64,000 bases of DNA from Octopus sinensis (lineage: Eukaryota). Made by a program: the position numbers and the translations under genes. Numbering within the stretch: position 1 is the first letter of the stretch; each line of letters begins with the position of its first letter. The DNA is taken from contig NC_043002.1 of the NCBI RefSeq assembly GCF_006345805.1, forward strand, positions 59,768,001-59,832,000, given 5' to 3'. Below are positions 35,946 through 50,678 of the stretch, in pieces. The notes below the pieces were generated by a model. That model was given only the letters and a program-made list of their open reading frames with translations. It ran no database searches and was not told where the DNA came from.

Positions 35946-36670
35946 GAAAACTTCGAAAAACACTTAAAAAGCCGCTCCGAAACACCATATTCGATCAAAT
36001 AAATCATATCTGAAGGTTTGTATTGCTTCAGCAAATGGCTAGTAAATTTTAAATAAAAGACCCTGCTACTTTATCAAAACCATGATTAAGGACATCGGTG
36101 AACAACCATCCCCAGATAAAAGCTACTTCGATATCGCATTCAAAAATATGTCTCAATTATACAGTTTTAACGATACAATATAAGGGAGTAAAACACTGAT
36201 GCAAAAAGAGTATAAAAATGGCTATAATTTTACATTCTGATGTTATAATGCATATATAGCGCGCGCAAGTCTATAATAGGCTGTAGTATATAAATATGTC
36301 GCCAAAATGGAGAAATAACAGATTATTTAACGAGAAATTTTTTGCAGATATGAGTTACCCACTGGAATTATCTACTGCAGGCCACCATTTACCCATAAAT
36401 ATCAACTCAGTCAGACAACCATCTGTGATTCCTAAATAACTACGTCGCTGAAAGCTAATAGACATGTAAAATAGAAAACACTTAGAATATATTATTTGTA
36501 GCAATAGGTTCCCACAATTTGCACTCCTTTAATACGCTATCGGCATTTAATCGTACGCAATGCTTATTATTATAAATTAAGATTGTACACTTGTACGTCA
36601 TATATGGCTATCTACATATGCCTCGCCACTGAAATAACGAAATGAGGAATATATATATGTGTATATATAT

Positions 36671-36750
<80 letters not shown>

Positions 36751-36914
36751 TTATATATATATATATATATATTTATATATTTATATATATATATATATTA
36801 TATATATATATATATAATATATAATATATATATATATACATACATACATATATATATATATATACAAGAGACCAAAGTGTACGTACGCCGCTATATTTTA
36901 TATATAAAAAAATA

Positions 36915-37226
36915 CAAAAATGGGACAAGAACGCAAAACATCCAGAGAGTTAGGTGATACAAAAAGGGGACAACAAAACATCCAGACACACGATAAAAGG
37001 AAGTAGGACGGGTCATTCGGAGTTTTTTTCTCAGTCGAGTTCCAGATTATCTTTGCAATTTCGGCTGGTTATACTCCAGATTGCTCCACTCTGGCCGTTC
37101 TGCCGTTCCCCTTCTCTCACATTTCCTTGCCTTCTCTTCATACTCACTTTCTGTCCTCCTTCACTTCACTGTGTCTCTTTCATTTATTCTCACCCCTCCT
37201 TCATCCCTCTATCCCTCTGCCCTCAC

Positions 37227-37258
<32 letters not shown>

Positions 37259-37745
37259 CCCACGTGACCGGTGTTCGGCCAGACCTAACCTTTCTTTCTT
37301 GGTTCGACTACCATCCATGCAACATCTAAATTCTTCTCTGTGACTCTGAAATCTCATGTCCCTGCCGTAAGGCTTTACTTCCACACACCCAAGCTTAATT
37401 TAATTCGTGCTTTGTCGAAAGACACCTGTTGTTATGTCCTGTTAATTGCATTTGTATTTGTGTAACATTTGTCTGTATTTTTTCAGTCCTTGTTTTCGTA
37501 TACATTCACTGCTTTCTTGCAAGGAATCGAATGCTGTTAGCATATTTTTTCCTTGGGGCTGGCCAGATTGGAGCAAGCTCGAGTATAACCAGCCGAAATT
37601 GTGAAGATAATCTGGAACTCGACTGAGGATAGAAAACTCCGAATGACCCCTCCTTGTTTTCCTTGTATCGTCTGTCTGGGTGCTTTGTTGTCCCTTATTT
37701 GGAACACCTAAATGTCTGGATGTTTTGCGTTCTTTCCCATTTTTG

Positions 37746-37750
<5 letters not shown>
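36915..37750. mobile_element. Family X repeat in inverted arrangement (PLE-like inverted end structure)
   Basis: About 36915-37100 is the reverse complement of about 37555-37750; both ends abut (TA)n. Confidence 0.6.
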
Positions 37751-37800
<50 letters not shown>

Positions 37801-38008
37801 ATATATCTATACAATAATATGTTACATTACTCGGTAGTCAACATATTATTGTATTATTGTATAGATAAATTTCCTCTATTACATAATATTGAGGTCTCTT
37901 TTTTTCTTTTGTTATCTTACCGTTTTATCAATATATATATACATATATATAATCTGAGAATCAGGATCTGTCCCACAGGAGTTTAAGGATGTTTCTATTG
38001 TTCATCTT

Positions 38009-38352
38009 TATAAGCACAAAGGCAACAAAAATGCATGTGACAGCCATTCAGGTATCGTTGTTTTGCGTGTTGCCAGGGAGATACTTGGAAGCGTTATCTT
38101 AAAACAGACTAAATGATGCCCTTGTCAGCTCTAGTTTTGCCTGAATCTGAGTGTGGATTTCGGGTTGGCAGAGATACTGAGGATATCATTTTTAGCCTGA
38201 GGCAGCTGCAAGAATAGACTGGTGAACATTGTCGAGATTATTTTTTTGTTACATTTGTGGATCTAATTAAAGCTTTATACACAGTATCTAGGGATGCTCT
38301 TTGGATTGTCCTTAGAAAGTTAGGGGTTCCTGAAAACATGCTCAATGTCATC
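38009..38352 (+). mobile_element. RTE (BovB-like) LINE RT fragment
   Basis: VHLYKHKGN, LPESECGFRVGRDTEDII, FVDLIKA..VSRDALW..LRKLGVPE. Confidence 0.82.
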
Positions 38353-39039
38353 TATCTGGCTGTCTATCTATCTTTCTGTCTATTTGTCGCTCTGTCTGTC
38401 TGTCTGTCTCTGTGTGTGTTTGTGTGTGAGTAACTATGTGTGTGTATGTGAGCATGTGTGTAAGTATATACGTTTGTGCGTCTGACTGCACTGGTATATG
38501 TATAGTTGGATTGTTGAGTTTATATCTAACCTATTTGTGCGTTTCATCGTAGAGGTATTCATTATCACCGCCATGTTATTTCTGCTATTTATTCAATTAC
38601 ACTCCTACTTAAACGTACGTACGTCTCTTTCGTCGTCTGCGCACAGCTCTCCAAATTACTTCGACAGAATTTGTTTAAAGGAAACCTATTGTTATAATGG
38701 CGTTTCTTAATTTATTATTTCAGGTAAAGTCTCACTTGTAAGACGCTATTCATTTATTACATTTCCTTGTTGATTACTAATTTCAATGGGTAATGTAATT
38801 TCATTTAATTTTCTAATCATTTTAAATGTGTTCTCCATGTTTCTGTTTAATTTTATCGTAAGATTTTTGCTACTCCAAATGTTTTTTTAAGTAGAATACA
38901 CATTAGAAAAGTAAACTACATTTGCCATTACACACAAACACACACACAAGCACACACACAAATATATATAAACACAGACACACATAAACACAGACAATAT
39001 GAACACCGTTCATAATTTGGCAGTGTCGCTGATGTTAAA

Positions 39040-41310
39040 TTCGTATCACAAAATAATAGAGCAATGTATGGAACAAAAATAGCCCCAGTCATACAGCCTA
39101 AAGGAAGTACCCAAAGTCTCTCTAGTCTGAACCTCCGCAAAGCGAACTGGAAATCGATTTAAGAAACAGGACTGGCCAAAATGTCTCTACACCAGACATC
39201 GGCCTGAAACTAGAGTATTTCATGTTTTTTATGCAAGATCTGTGCTGCAAATATGTCCCAGAGCACAAGGCCAACACAAAAAAAGGACGGGATTCTAAGG
39301 AAGAAGATTCTCATGAGACGTCGACCAAAGGTTGGAAATCACGTCAACGAACATCCCAAATGTAGTGAAAAGCACTGGATACTGAAAAAAGTCTGCAACA
39401 AACCAATGTGAAACAGAGAGCAGACAAAAAAGCCTAGGTCAAAAAATCATAGCGTAAACCCAAAAGCTTTCTTTTATTATGCCAAAGAAACGGCCTCAAT
39501 ACGCTGCCAAATAGGACTCATTCCTTTCAGAAGTATGGCTCCCTCCCTCACACGTAAGGTAACCAGGATCTGTGAAGTACTGAATGACCAGTTCAAAAGT
39601 GACTTTACTACTCCGTTGGCATTTCTTTGCCGCTTCACCTTTAACCAGGGAGGCAGTTACGAAGGATTACATCGACATTTGTCAAGAAGATATAATACTA
39701 GCCATTGATGAAGTGGATACAAACTCAGCTGTGGGCCCTGATGATTTCCCAGCAATCTTCCACAAATCATGCCCTGGCGAAAGATTCTCTTCCAGAGTTT
39801 TTTTGCAAATGGCAAGCTGCCGCGCAAATTGAAGGAGGGAATAATATACCCAATCTATAAAGAAAAACCAGAGCAGACGCCAAACAATATAGGCCCATCT
39901 CTCTGATTTAACACTCCAGGAAAGTCATGGAACAAATAATCAGTGGGAAAGTAATCGCATACCTTGCAAAAGAAAAGGGACTTGCTGAATGATAACCAGC
40001 ATGGTTTTCGATCAGGTAAGATCGGCCTGTCCCAACTCCAACAGCACGATGACTGGGTGTTGAAGTAGTTACTCGATAACACAATTGTGGACGTGATATA
40101 CCTTGACTTTGCAAAAGCTTTTGATAAAGTTGAGCATAGTATGATATACCCCAATCTGCACGAAAACTTGGAGTTGTGGTTACATGACTTTCTGAAAGAT
40201 AGAAGTCAGAGAGCGGTGGCCAATGGAAGCACATCTCAAAGCAAATACAAATAGTGAGTGGTGTTCCACAAGACACTGTCTTGGGACCACTACTTTTCAT
40301 AGTGGTTTTCTCCGATATGCCCCATCTGCTCTGATAGCCACCCTTGCTAGCTACACAGACGATACGAGAATCTCGCATCAAATGCCAAACCCTAGTGATG
40401 TTGCGCGCCTGAGGCAGGGATTGTATGCAACTGATAGACGTGCGAAGGAAAATAATATGCAGATTAATACTGTAGAATTCCAAGCCCTGCGTTACCAGCA
40501 CCCAAAATTGAACGAAAAACTTACAGGGTACACTGGGCCAGTGGGGGGGGGGGTGCATTACAATCCCCAAATCTAAATCAGTGTTTTACCTGGGTGCTAC
40601 ATTACCAAGATGGCGACATAGTGGAAATGGCTGGCTGGATCCTGAGAAATCTCAGAACCTGAGAAAAGGAAGCTATGATAGTCCCCTGCAGAGCATTCGT
40701 CCTCAGCCACCTGGATTACTGCTCCCAACTATGGTCATCCCACAGTGTATAATTAGCAGCGATCCTTGAAGCAATCCAGCGAAATCACACCAAGAAGATC
40801 GTCTCATTGCAACAAGTCAGCTACTGGGGAAGGCTGAGACAGCTAATGCTCTACTCCTTGGATCGAAGGCGGGAAAGATAGACAATAATATACATCTGGA
40901 AGATTCTGGAAGGGATTGTACCAAATTTGGCATTGGAAGCTAGAAAAATGTCAGTACAGGACGCCGCTGCACAGTGCAAAAGGTTCCCAACACTGCCGTC
41001 ACGCTTCAGGACCAGTTACTCTAACAGCTTGGTTTTCAAGGGCCCACATGTTCTTAATATTCTCTCAAATAACCTGAGGGACCTGCACTAAGTGGATGTA
41101 AGTGTTTTCAAAACAAAACTAGATATTTTCCTGTCTAGAGTCCCTGATGAACCTACCTCACGACAGGAGGCGCAAATGAGGGCAGCGTTATGAAACACCC
41201 TTATACACCAAATGAACATATCAGAGGATGTTCTCAACAATAACAGTGTAACAAAACGGCGGTGCCCCAGCATGACCGCAGATTTGAGCTGAAACCGAAA
41301 AAAGACTAAA
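39040..41310 (+). mobile_element. CR1-group LINE, older degenerate copy
   Basis: AVGPDDFPAIF, NQHGFRSG, DVIYLDFAKAFDKV, SGVPQDTVLGP, ASYTDD; tail ggcggtgccccagcatgaccgcag...ctgaaac; many stops. Confidence 0.88.
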
Positions 41311-41331
41311 AGAAAGAAAAGAATATGGACA

Positions 41332-41437
<106 letters not shown>

Positions 41438-41567
41438 ATATATAAAATTAAAATATACAGCAGTTTGCAATGTTTCACTAATAAAGGAGAGTTACAATAG
41501 AGAATTACAAAGAGAGAATTACAAAGGAGAATTACTAATGGCGAAGCAAGTCCGGAAAGAGCCGAAA

Positions 41568-41606
41568 GTCTTACGTTTCGAGCCTACGCTCTTCAACAGA
41601 AAGGAA
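41568..41606 (-). ncRNA. Hammerhead-like motif, family H2
   Basis: Reverse complement ccttt-CTGTTGA-A-GAGC(gtag)GCTC-GAA-ACGT-A-agac. Confidence 0.5.
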
Positions 41607-41647
41607 CACAGAAATAAAGCAAGAGAGTAAATAAGAAAGGCTTAATG

Positions 41648-41719
<72 letters not shown>

Positions 41720-41778
41720 ATCTACATATATATATATATCCATCTATCTACCTATGTGTGTATGTTTGTGTGTGTGTA

Positions 41779-41809
<31 letters not shown>

Positions 41810-42892
41810 TGTGTGTGTGTGTATGCGCGCGTGCCTGTTTGTATAAACTTAATCGAAAGAAGTTTCAAGTGATTCAAGGCCTGAATGCTTTGAGCATGGC
41901 ATTTGAGAAATGTGCTGCACGAAATTTTCGGATCGCTTTAAAACTTCTGCTGATTAAATGATAAATAGTTCGACTCAGACACACAAACAAATGCACACAA
42001 GGAGACGAAAACCCAGGCCCACATGTGCAAAAACACAGTTATGTGGTTGTGTCCTTAACTTATATTTACCCTACTTCTGCAAACATTTATTTTATGAGTT
42101 AGAATATCCTTTTTATTATAGGCACCAGACCTGAAATTTTGCCGAAGGAGCAAATAGATTAGATCAACCCCTGTGTTCAAATGCTATTTGTTATATCGAC
42201 CTCCAGATGATGAAAGGCAACGTCGACGCCCAGGTATTTGAAGTGAGAAATCAAAGACGCAAGAAAAAATTCCAAGAATTTTGCTCGGCGCGCTAATGGT
42301 TCTGCCATCTCATTGCCTTGGCTAACAGAATATCCTTCAGTATACTTAATTCATGAGCGCTTATTTTCAACTGTATAATAATAATTTATTACTATATCAC
42401 TCTAACCCCACGAATAGTATGGTGTTGCAAGTGGCAGTTCGGTCAATCAAATTTTTAACTATTATTATCATAAGCAAAGGAAAGACGGCAAGCAGGCAGA
42501 ATCATTAGCACACCGTCTTTATGTTCTGAGTTCAAATTATGCCGAGGTCGACTTTAGCTTTCATCCGTCCGAGGTCGATAAATTAAGTACGAGTGAAACA
42601 CTGGGGGTCGATGTAATCGATTAGTCCCCTCTCCCCAAATCTCAGGCCTTGTGCCTTTAGTACAAAGGATTATTATAAGCAAAGAATTCACTACAAAGGG
42701 TAGATTATGCAAGCGATACTCCTAAAACCCACACAGACATGATTGTGTGGTAAGAAAACTCTTTCTCAACTAAGTTTGTGTTGTCACACTGTGTGACACA
42801 TTGAGCGGGTGTCTTCTTCTATAGCCTCGGGCCGACCAAAGTGTTGTGAGAGGATTTGGTAGACGTAAATTGAAAGACACTCGTAGTATATA

Positions 42893-43038
42893 CATTATTT
42901 ACATTCGGCGGTTATTTGTACTCATATTTTTTGTTTTTAACACAACGTTTCGGCTGATTTACCTTCATGCCTTCATCAGGTGTCAGGGGAAATTTCGAAC
43001 CTGAGTTCTCATTCCTAAGGTATTTATCATCATCATCA

Positions 43039-43133
<95 letters not shown>

Positions 43134-43345
43134 GGTCACTGCTTGGAATCGAATTCGGAATCTTGGGATAATAATAATAATAATTACATCAAAAAACACC
43201 TTCGAAATTTCCCCAAGACACTTGAAGAAGTATGGAGGGTATATCAGCCGAAACGTTGTGTTAACAACCAAAAAGATGAGGACAAATATCCGTCGAATGT
43301 AAATAATGTATATAATTCCTCATCTCTAAATATAGAACTGTACTC
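42893..43345. mobile_element. Family H1 inverted pair with tRNA B-box remnant in the centre
   Basis: Minus HHR unit, (ATT)n, aaggtcactgcttggaatcgaattcgg (43132-43167), (AAT)n, plus HHR unit. Confidence 0.78.
42938..42984 (-). ncRNA. Best-preserved family H1 hammerhead
   Basis: Reverse complement tgacac-CTGATGA-A-ggc(a)tg...cagcc-GAA-ACGT-T-gtgtta: 6-bp stem I, intact core, GUU cleavage triplet. Confidence 0.68.
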
Positions 43346-43348
43346 GTA

Positions 43349-43390
<42 letters not shown>

Positions 43391-43868
43391 AGATAAATAA
43401 AAATATATGCATACATACAAACATATATGTACGTACCTACATCTACATGTATATATACATGCATATATAAATAATTATACGGAAGTACAGGACATCACAA
43501 AAGACGTAGAAACAGAAAAAAACAAAAACAAGAAAACGAAAACGAAAACCAAATACAGGACAGGTTACACAAGGACAAAACCCCGTCATCAGCTGTCGCT
43601 AGAGGAGTCAGGCATGTTTCGAAGGCATAACAGAACACTAATCCAATAGGCCTTCCTGCGAGAGATTAAAATAAAATTTCAAGCAGCGGGGCACAATGAG
43701 TACGAACACAAACAAGACGTAACAATAAGACTGCAAAATTAAAATACATGTACAAAAACAAACACAAGAGGACGAACGAAAAAGCCTTTTTTCTGGCATA
43801 GACAAACAATAAAACTGCAAAAATAAAAATACATGTACAAAAAGTACAATTAGTTACAAAAACGAGAA

Positions 43869-43907
<39 letters not shown>

Positions 43908-43908
43908 A

Positions 43909-43952
<44 letters not shown>

Positions 43953-43993
43953 TATTATATATATATATATTATCTATATATTATTATATATAT

Positions 43994-44038
<45 letters not shown>

Positions 44039-45377
44039 ATATATATATTATTATATATATATATATGTATGTATATATTATATAATTGATAAGCAAGTGT
44101 GGCGTTCCATATGGACAGTGCTACTGACGTTTATAGCCCCAGGAAGACAGCTCTTCCAGCTGGCTAACGACACACATTGTGTGTCCGATTAGTATTTACG
44201 AAGGGCGATCATCGGTTCCATCTCTAGCCTTACGTGATACACACAGACTCTAATTTCTGGGTGGTAACCCGTCCTAAGCGTGTGCTAATCACCAGCTGGT
44301 GATGAAAACTCACTCCACTCGCAAAATACTATATGTTTTTTTTCCAGCGACAAACTATGCTTTTATATGTGTGTGTGTGTGTGTGTGTGTATGTGTGTGT
44401 GTGTGTGCGTTCTTGTATCTTTGTTTGTCCTTCGCCACCACTTAACAAACATTTTAAGTTTGCTTTCCTCCCTGTAACTTAGCGGTTCTGTAAAATACCA
44501 ATATAATAAGTGCCAAACTTAAAACAACAAAAACACTGGTGTCGATTCATTTGACTAAATGTTGTTCAAGGCGATGCTCCAGAATGGCTGCAGTTCAAGG
44601 AGGGAAATAAATAAAAGATAAAAGACTCATATAGAAGCCGGTCTCAGGTAAGCTTTCATGCGAAAACGCCATAACCTACAATCTCAATTCTAATTTTTAT
44701 TCTTACGTATATATCAGTGAATATTTTTTTACATTTCAGAAATGAGTCAAATTGACTGGAATAACCCACTGAAATGCTACGATGAATGCAATGGAAGATG
44801 ACGACATGATGCAGGAAAGCAATCCATCCAACCCACTGAACGGTTCGGTTTCCAGCACTTTAAACATTTTTAGCCATCAGTAGATGGTGATTTTTGTATA
44901 GGTCGAATATTAAACAACAGTATTTCAAATATCTGGACGGGCATTCCATCAGGAATCTTTGAAAAGCAATGTTTAATTTCCTATAGAGGTGCTTGTTTAC
45001 TGCTAGTATATTGGATTTTATTCAATAAAGTCCTCTTGCATACAGTCATGATTCAGTTCAATAAGATATTGAAGTGGAAATATATTTCTAATATAGCTGC
45101 TATGCTTTTTATGTGTTTCTCATGACCATTATTGATATAGATGATATAACGTATCTAAAACGTCAAACAAGAATTGCTTTAGAGTTACACTTCATTGCAA
45201 TCATAAGTCTACACGTCAGCGAGCTTTGGTTACGTAACATCTACAGTAATAATCATAGCTATGATCACCTCGATCAAAAGAATGATGTGTACAATACCTT
45301 TATAATAACAAATACAATGCATACATGCGTACATATGTATTGCGCTTATATATCTATGCGTAAAATGTATATGATGG

Positions 45378-45680
45378 AGGCGCAATGGCCCAGTGGTTAG
45401 GGCAGTGGACTCGCGGTCGTAGGGTCGCGGTTTCCATACACAGTCAGGGCGTTGTGAGTGTTTATTGAGCGAAAACACCTAAAGCTCCACGAGGCACCGG
45501 CAGGGGGTGGTGGTGATCCCTGCTGTACTCTTTCGCCGCAACTTTCTCTCGCACTTTCTTCTGTTGGCCTGCCCGCTTAGCCAGCGGGGTGGCGTCATTT
45601 GAAGGGTAAAAAAACAATGCGAAGCGCTTTGTGACCAGCGATGTGTAGCAACATCAGATAGTCTGATTGGTCACGTGAAA
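45378..45680 (+). mobile_element. tRNA-derived SINE, family C
   Basis: ggcgcaatggcccagtggttagggcagtggactcgcggtcg head (A box) followed by a GC-rich body distinct from families A and B. Confidence 0.7.
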
Positions 45681-46027
45681 ATGTATATGTATAAATACCT
45701 ATAAATTTTCTATGTGGATTTCCTGCAGAAAGTTTAGAATCAAAGCAAATGAAGAAAGTGACCAAGGAGGTAAAAATGTCGGCCAAACGCTATTCAGTAT
45801 GGTGATGATGGTGAGAAGAATGTAGGCAGAAGCTAACTGCATCTATGTATTTGTATGAAGAAAACACACACACACACACACGCACCTGAACGAGATCTCT
45901 CCCGTGTCAATTCGCAACACCTGGCTTTCCGGTGACTGTAGCTGAGGAGGAAATAACCATTCAGAAAATGCATACATGTGACAGTGTGTTTATAGATGTG
46001 TTTCTACTCAGGGGTATCAAATAGCAA

Positions 46028-46809
46028 TCACACTGTTGCATATTTGACACCCCTTGCAATAAACTTGATGGTTGGCTTGAGGTATTCTGTCAAATCCCTC
46101 TCAATATCTTCTTGAGAGAACACAATGATGGTGTCAAGGAACTTGGCATATGTCCTCAACACCACCGTTCTCTCATTAAGGTCCTTTACCCACTGCTTGG
46201 GTGGGGGGGGTGCAATTTTCCACTCCAAGACAGTGTTTTTATTTTTGCCATGCTTTGCCGAAAAGAAAAAAGAAAAAAAAGAAAGCACAGGAAAACGTTT
46301 AAAAAAAGGTCAAAATAGTCATATACAAGTCCAAAGAAACACAAAGAGGGGACAGAAACACAGAGCAGAGAAAAGAACGAAGGAAGACAGTTCCGCCACT
46401 TAGGTAATCCGGATTCACAGGTAAACCGCAAATAATCCACGGGAAATCCTCCAGAATATTGCTTCATACAGGTAATCTACTTCACCATCATTCCTCCACG
46501 AATGGGTCGAATTTTTATAAACTTTTCAAATTTTAGTAGCGAGACACACCCACCAAAACAAAACAATTCTCACCGCTAAGTGAGTTACTCAGCGCGACTT
46601 CAGCAGACACATGTTCGAGACCCAGTGGGGATTTCTTAAATGAAAAAAGGAAACACAATTTGAAACAACAAATTCCCCACTAAGTCCCTTAAAGAAACAA
46701 GTGCCTACCTTACAGTTGCGCCTCTTCAACAGTTCTTCGATTCAAGACGGCCGCCAACGCAATCTTGACAGTGTTCAATCCAATAAGCAACTAACAAAAG
46801 CCCATGCCT
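46028..46809 (-). mobile_element. Second, divergent copy of the ORF1 Tx1-like element (5' part only)
   Basis: LEWKIAPPPPKQWVKDLNERTVVLRTYAK...GVKYATV; shared 5' UTR motif ctcacttagcggtgagaa; begins right after a family B SINE head. Confidence 0.75.
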
Positions 46810-46845
46810 AAGCAAGTTAGTTACGACACAGCCACTCCTGCGCTT
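46810..46845 (-). mobile_element. Family B SINE 5' head, truncated at the same site as 8671-8707
   Basis: Reverse complement aagcgcaggagtggctgtgtcgtaactaacttgctt. Confidence 0.8.
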
Positions 46846-46913
46846 ATGTTTTTTTTTGTGCGTGTATATGTGTGCATGTATAGTTAAATCTTTTACTTTA
46901 ATATAACAAAAGA

Positions 46914-47150
46914 TAAGGCGGTGAGCTGGCAGAAACGTTAGCACGCCGGGCGAAATGCTAAGCGGTATTTCGTCTGCCGTTACGTTCTGAGTTCAAACTC
47001 CGCTGAGGTCGACTTTGCCTTTCATCCTTTCGGCGTCGATAAATTAAGTAGCAGTTATGCACTGGTGTCGATATAATCGACTTAATCCGTTTGTCTGTCG
47101 TTGTTTGTTCCCTCTGTGTGTAGCCCCTTGTGGGTATTAAAAAAATAAGA
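46914..47150 (+). mobile_element. Family A SINE with Tx1-like tail
   Basis: Intact head and central domain; tail tttgttccctctgtgtgtagccccttgtgggtattaaaaaaata. Confidence 0.85.
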
Positions 47151-48261
47151 AATTTTAGCACACCGAGAGAAATGATTAGCGTATTTCGTCTGTCTTTACG
47201 TTATGAGTTCGAATTCAGACTTTGCGTTTGTCCTTTTCGGGATCGATATAATAAGTACCAGTTGCGTACTGGATTCGATCTAATTAATTGGCCCCTTCCC
47301 CCAAAATTTCGAGCCTTGTGCCTAGAGTAGAAAAGAATATAAACGAAACAAATAAAAATGGTCGTTAGAGAAATAGAAATGCTATGTCGTACGAAGGAAC
47401 ATAATTATTCTTGCATCAAATTGCATCTATCGTTGACACCGTCGCCGTTAGAAATATATCTGACCAAAGAGTGGCCTCTTGAAAATTTGTGGTCAAGATA
47501 TTCATCATTTACACTTGCTATAATGCTAAATCAATTAAATAATTGTTTTTCCAAAAGAATTTGACACTAAACATACACTTCAGATAATGAAATATTTAAT
47601 TATTGTTCAAACATTCTCGTCATTGAAAGCTGTAAGAAAATATTTACTTTCATTGCCTTCGCAAACACGTTTGTGTTTAAAGATAAAACAATATGGTGGC
47701 TCGCTTTAACCCATACCTTTCATAATGCACAAGCGGAACAAATTTTCAAGAATTAATCTTTCGGGCTAGTTTAGGGTGTTGATTACTGTTTATAGCCAGA
47801 CGTTCCTAAATGTTTCTCTAAGAAATATGAAATATTGGTTTGAAAGATTGTAGCAAGGTCTGCAATTTTTGAGAGTTGGGTATATCTTTTATATTGATTC
47901 TAGTGTTCAACTGGAATTTATTTCACCAAGTTGAAATGCATAGTGGACATCAGTGAGGTCTGAACTCAGCAGTTAAAAGTCGACGAAATGCCGTTAAGCA
48001 TTTTGCCCGGCGCGTAATAATTCTGCCTGCTCACCGTTCGACAAATATAAAATATTAATCATAAAATTCAATGTTGAATAAGATGTTGTCATGAAATGCT
48101 GTACTGTTCTCCGATATATTTATATGACTGCAACATTGGATTAAATAATGAACGTTTTAGAACACAACTTTCTCACGAAAAAGTCCCCCTGAAGTGTTGG
48201 TCATCTTTTCTTCCTCGCGGCAAAATTTTTTCCACATTTTCAGCTATTTCTATTAAAATAG

Positions 48262-48720
48262 ACTAGCAGTATAGCCCGGCGTTACTCAGGTTTGTTTTTT
48301 TTAGTTGCGCTTAAAACAGCAAACTTTGATGTCGCGTTAACAAAGTTTTGACATAGTTTCAATCTTTTTTGAAAAGTAAAAATTGCGCATTATGTAGCTT
48401 GTTATTCTCTTTAAGTGAACAGTTTTCTGGTTGAAATACACCGAAAAATGGCGACACAGCAGTCAAAAAATCGTACAAAATCGAGATTTTCATAGAAAGA
48501 ATGCACCTTTTGGATGTAAATAATTTTTGGTCTTAACATGGTCTGTTTTGAGATTTTTCTTCTTCGGAATGAAGACCAAACCTTCTTCTATCCTACGTTC
48601 AATCTTTCTCAACTTGCGCCGCAGGGTCTCGGAGGAGATAGTGTTAATTGAAAGCTATTAAACCTGCCACACACACACACACGCACACAGACAACTTCAG
48701 CTGTATATGTATATATTATA
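48262..48720 (-). mobile_element. Non-autonomous Helitron
   Basis: Minus strand ends CTAG|T (48262-48266) preceded by a subterminal hairpin (plus strand cccggcgttactcagg); the 5' end is tatatac..agctgaagttgtc with a (TG)n tract. Confidence 0.65.
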
Positions 48721-49855
48721 TTTGCGTAAAATTCTGCGGTATGCCGTACAGGAATTTCACATGAAGTTTAACAGTGTTAATGAAGGGAAATAGATTAGCT
48801 TCAGCAGTGAATTCATACTTCTACTTTGATTCAATTTGTCTGGAGCTGAGTTCTTGTTCTTCAGAACTAAAATTGATCGCATGTCAAACGTTGAACATTA
48901 ATTCTAAAATCTTTTATTTTCGATTAATGCATTGCGGCATAAAAACAAATTTTGTGCTTAGAAATATATTGGTGCTTAAGAGTCACTAAATTTCAACTTA
49001 GTCAAATGAAAATCGCCAATCTACTTCGAACTAAAAAGAGAAAAATATAAATAATAGTGAAAGTAAGATATAAAAAGAACTGAAAAAATGCATTTAGAAT
49101 TTAAATGTAGCTCTTAACAAAGGATTGCAAGAATGGATAGCTGGAATTTTAAAATATATACTAAATAAATGTTGCGCTTAAAATTATCGCTTCAAAAAGG
49201 CAGATGGAAGGTTAAATGAAATTAAAAGAAGCAACATTGACAGTGAAAATAAAGAACGCTAAAACGATATCACTTAGGAATTGTAAAACCTTGTTAGTTA
49301 AAGGTGATATACAATGCTCTACCTAAATATTCAAATATAGCCCCTGCGAGTGAAATATTTCGATTAGAAATTAAACAATTATCGTATTCAGAATGCTGGA
49401 ATGGCGCCTAAAAAAAATTCAGCAAGGTTTACACAAACAAAAAATAAAATAAAAAGGAAACGTCATTCGTATATTGCTTAAAAAAATATCAAATATATAT
49501 GGCGTCTAGAAATCAAATATGGCGCTTCCAAATCAAACGCAGCGCTGAAGTGAAATGAAAGGAAAAGGGTAATAAGGAGAAATGGATGCAGGAAATATAG
49601 TTCTTTATTAATTCATTTTCTCTTTCTCTTTGTATTCTTAATTTATTTTAGTTTCGTTTAATTTTCTTTGTTCTCTTCCTGACTTCTTCGGCAGATGTTT
49701 CGAATTAAATTAAGCCGCTTTTCTTTCTGAAGCAATTTATTAAATTGAATTCCGTTTTGCTGTGAGGAGACGCGCACACACACAAACTCATGCACACAAG
49801 CACGCACATATAAACACACATATTACAGAACGAACAGGATAATATTAAAAATATG

Positions 49856-49886
<31 letters not shown>

Positions 49887-50021
49887 TAAAAATAGCAGCG
49901 ATGATATGAAATAGTTTTAATACTTATAATAATAAAAATAAAAATAATAAAGAAAAAATAACATTAATATTAATGATAATGATTTCTAATAAAGAAAATA
50001 ACAATAGTAGTACCAGTGGTT

Positions 50022-50149
<128 letters not shown>

Positions 50150-50535
50150 TGTGATAGAGAGAGATACATATATCTATCAATCTATCTATCTATCTATCTA
50201 TTTATCTCTCTCTCTATCTCTCTCTCTCTCTATCTCTCTCTCTATATATATATATATGTGTATGTGTATAATATATATGTGTATGAACGTAGATGCATAT
50301 GCATATATATACTGGCAGATGTAATAAAAAAATCAAAAATAATATGATGTTGATGATGAGGAGGAGGAGGTGAAGAAGAAAGAGGACAAGGAGGTTAAGA
50401 CGGAGGGAATAGTGGAGGAGGAAGTGGAGGACGTAATTATGTAAAAAAGAATGAATTACCCACAAGAGCTTCTGTTGGTTACAACGAAGTGGACGGAGTG
50501 TGTTATTTAATCTTACCATTTCAGTTTTAATAACG

Positions 50536-50607
<72 letters not shown>

Positions 50608-50617
50608 AATAATAATG

Positions 50618-50660
<43 letters not shown>

Positions 50661-50678
50661 TAATAATAGTAATAATTG

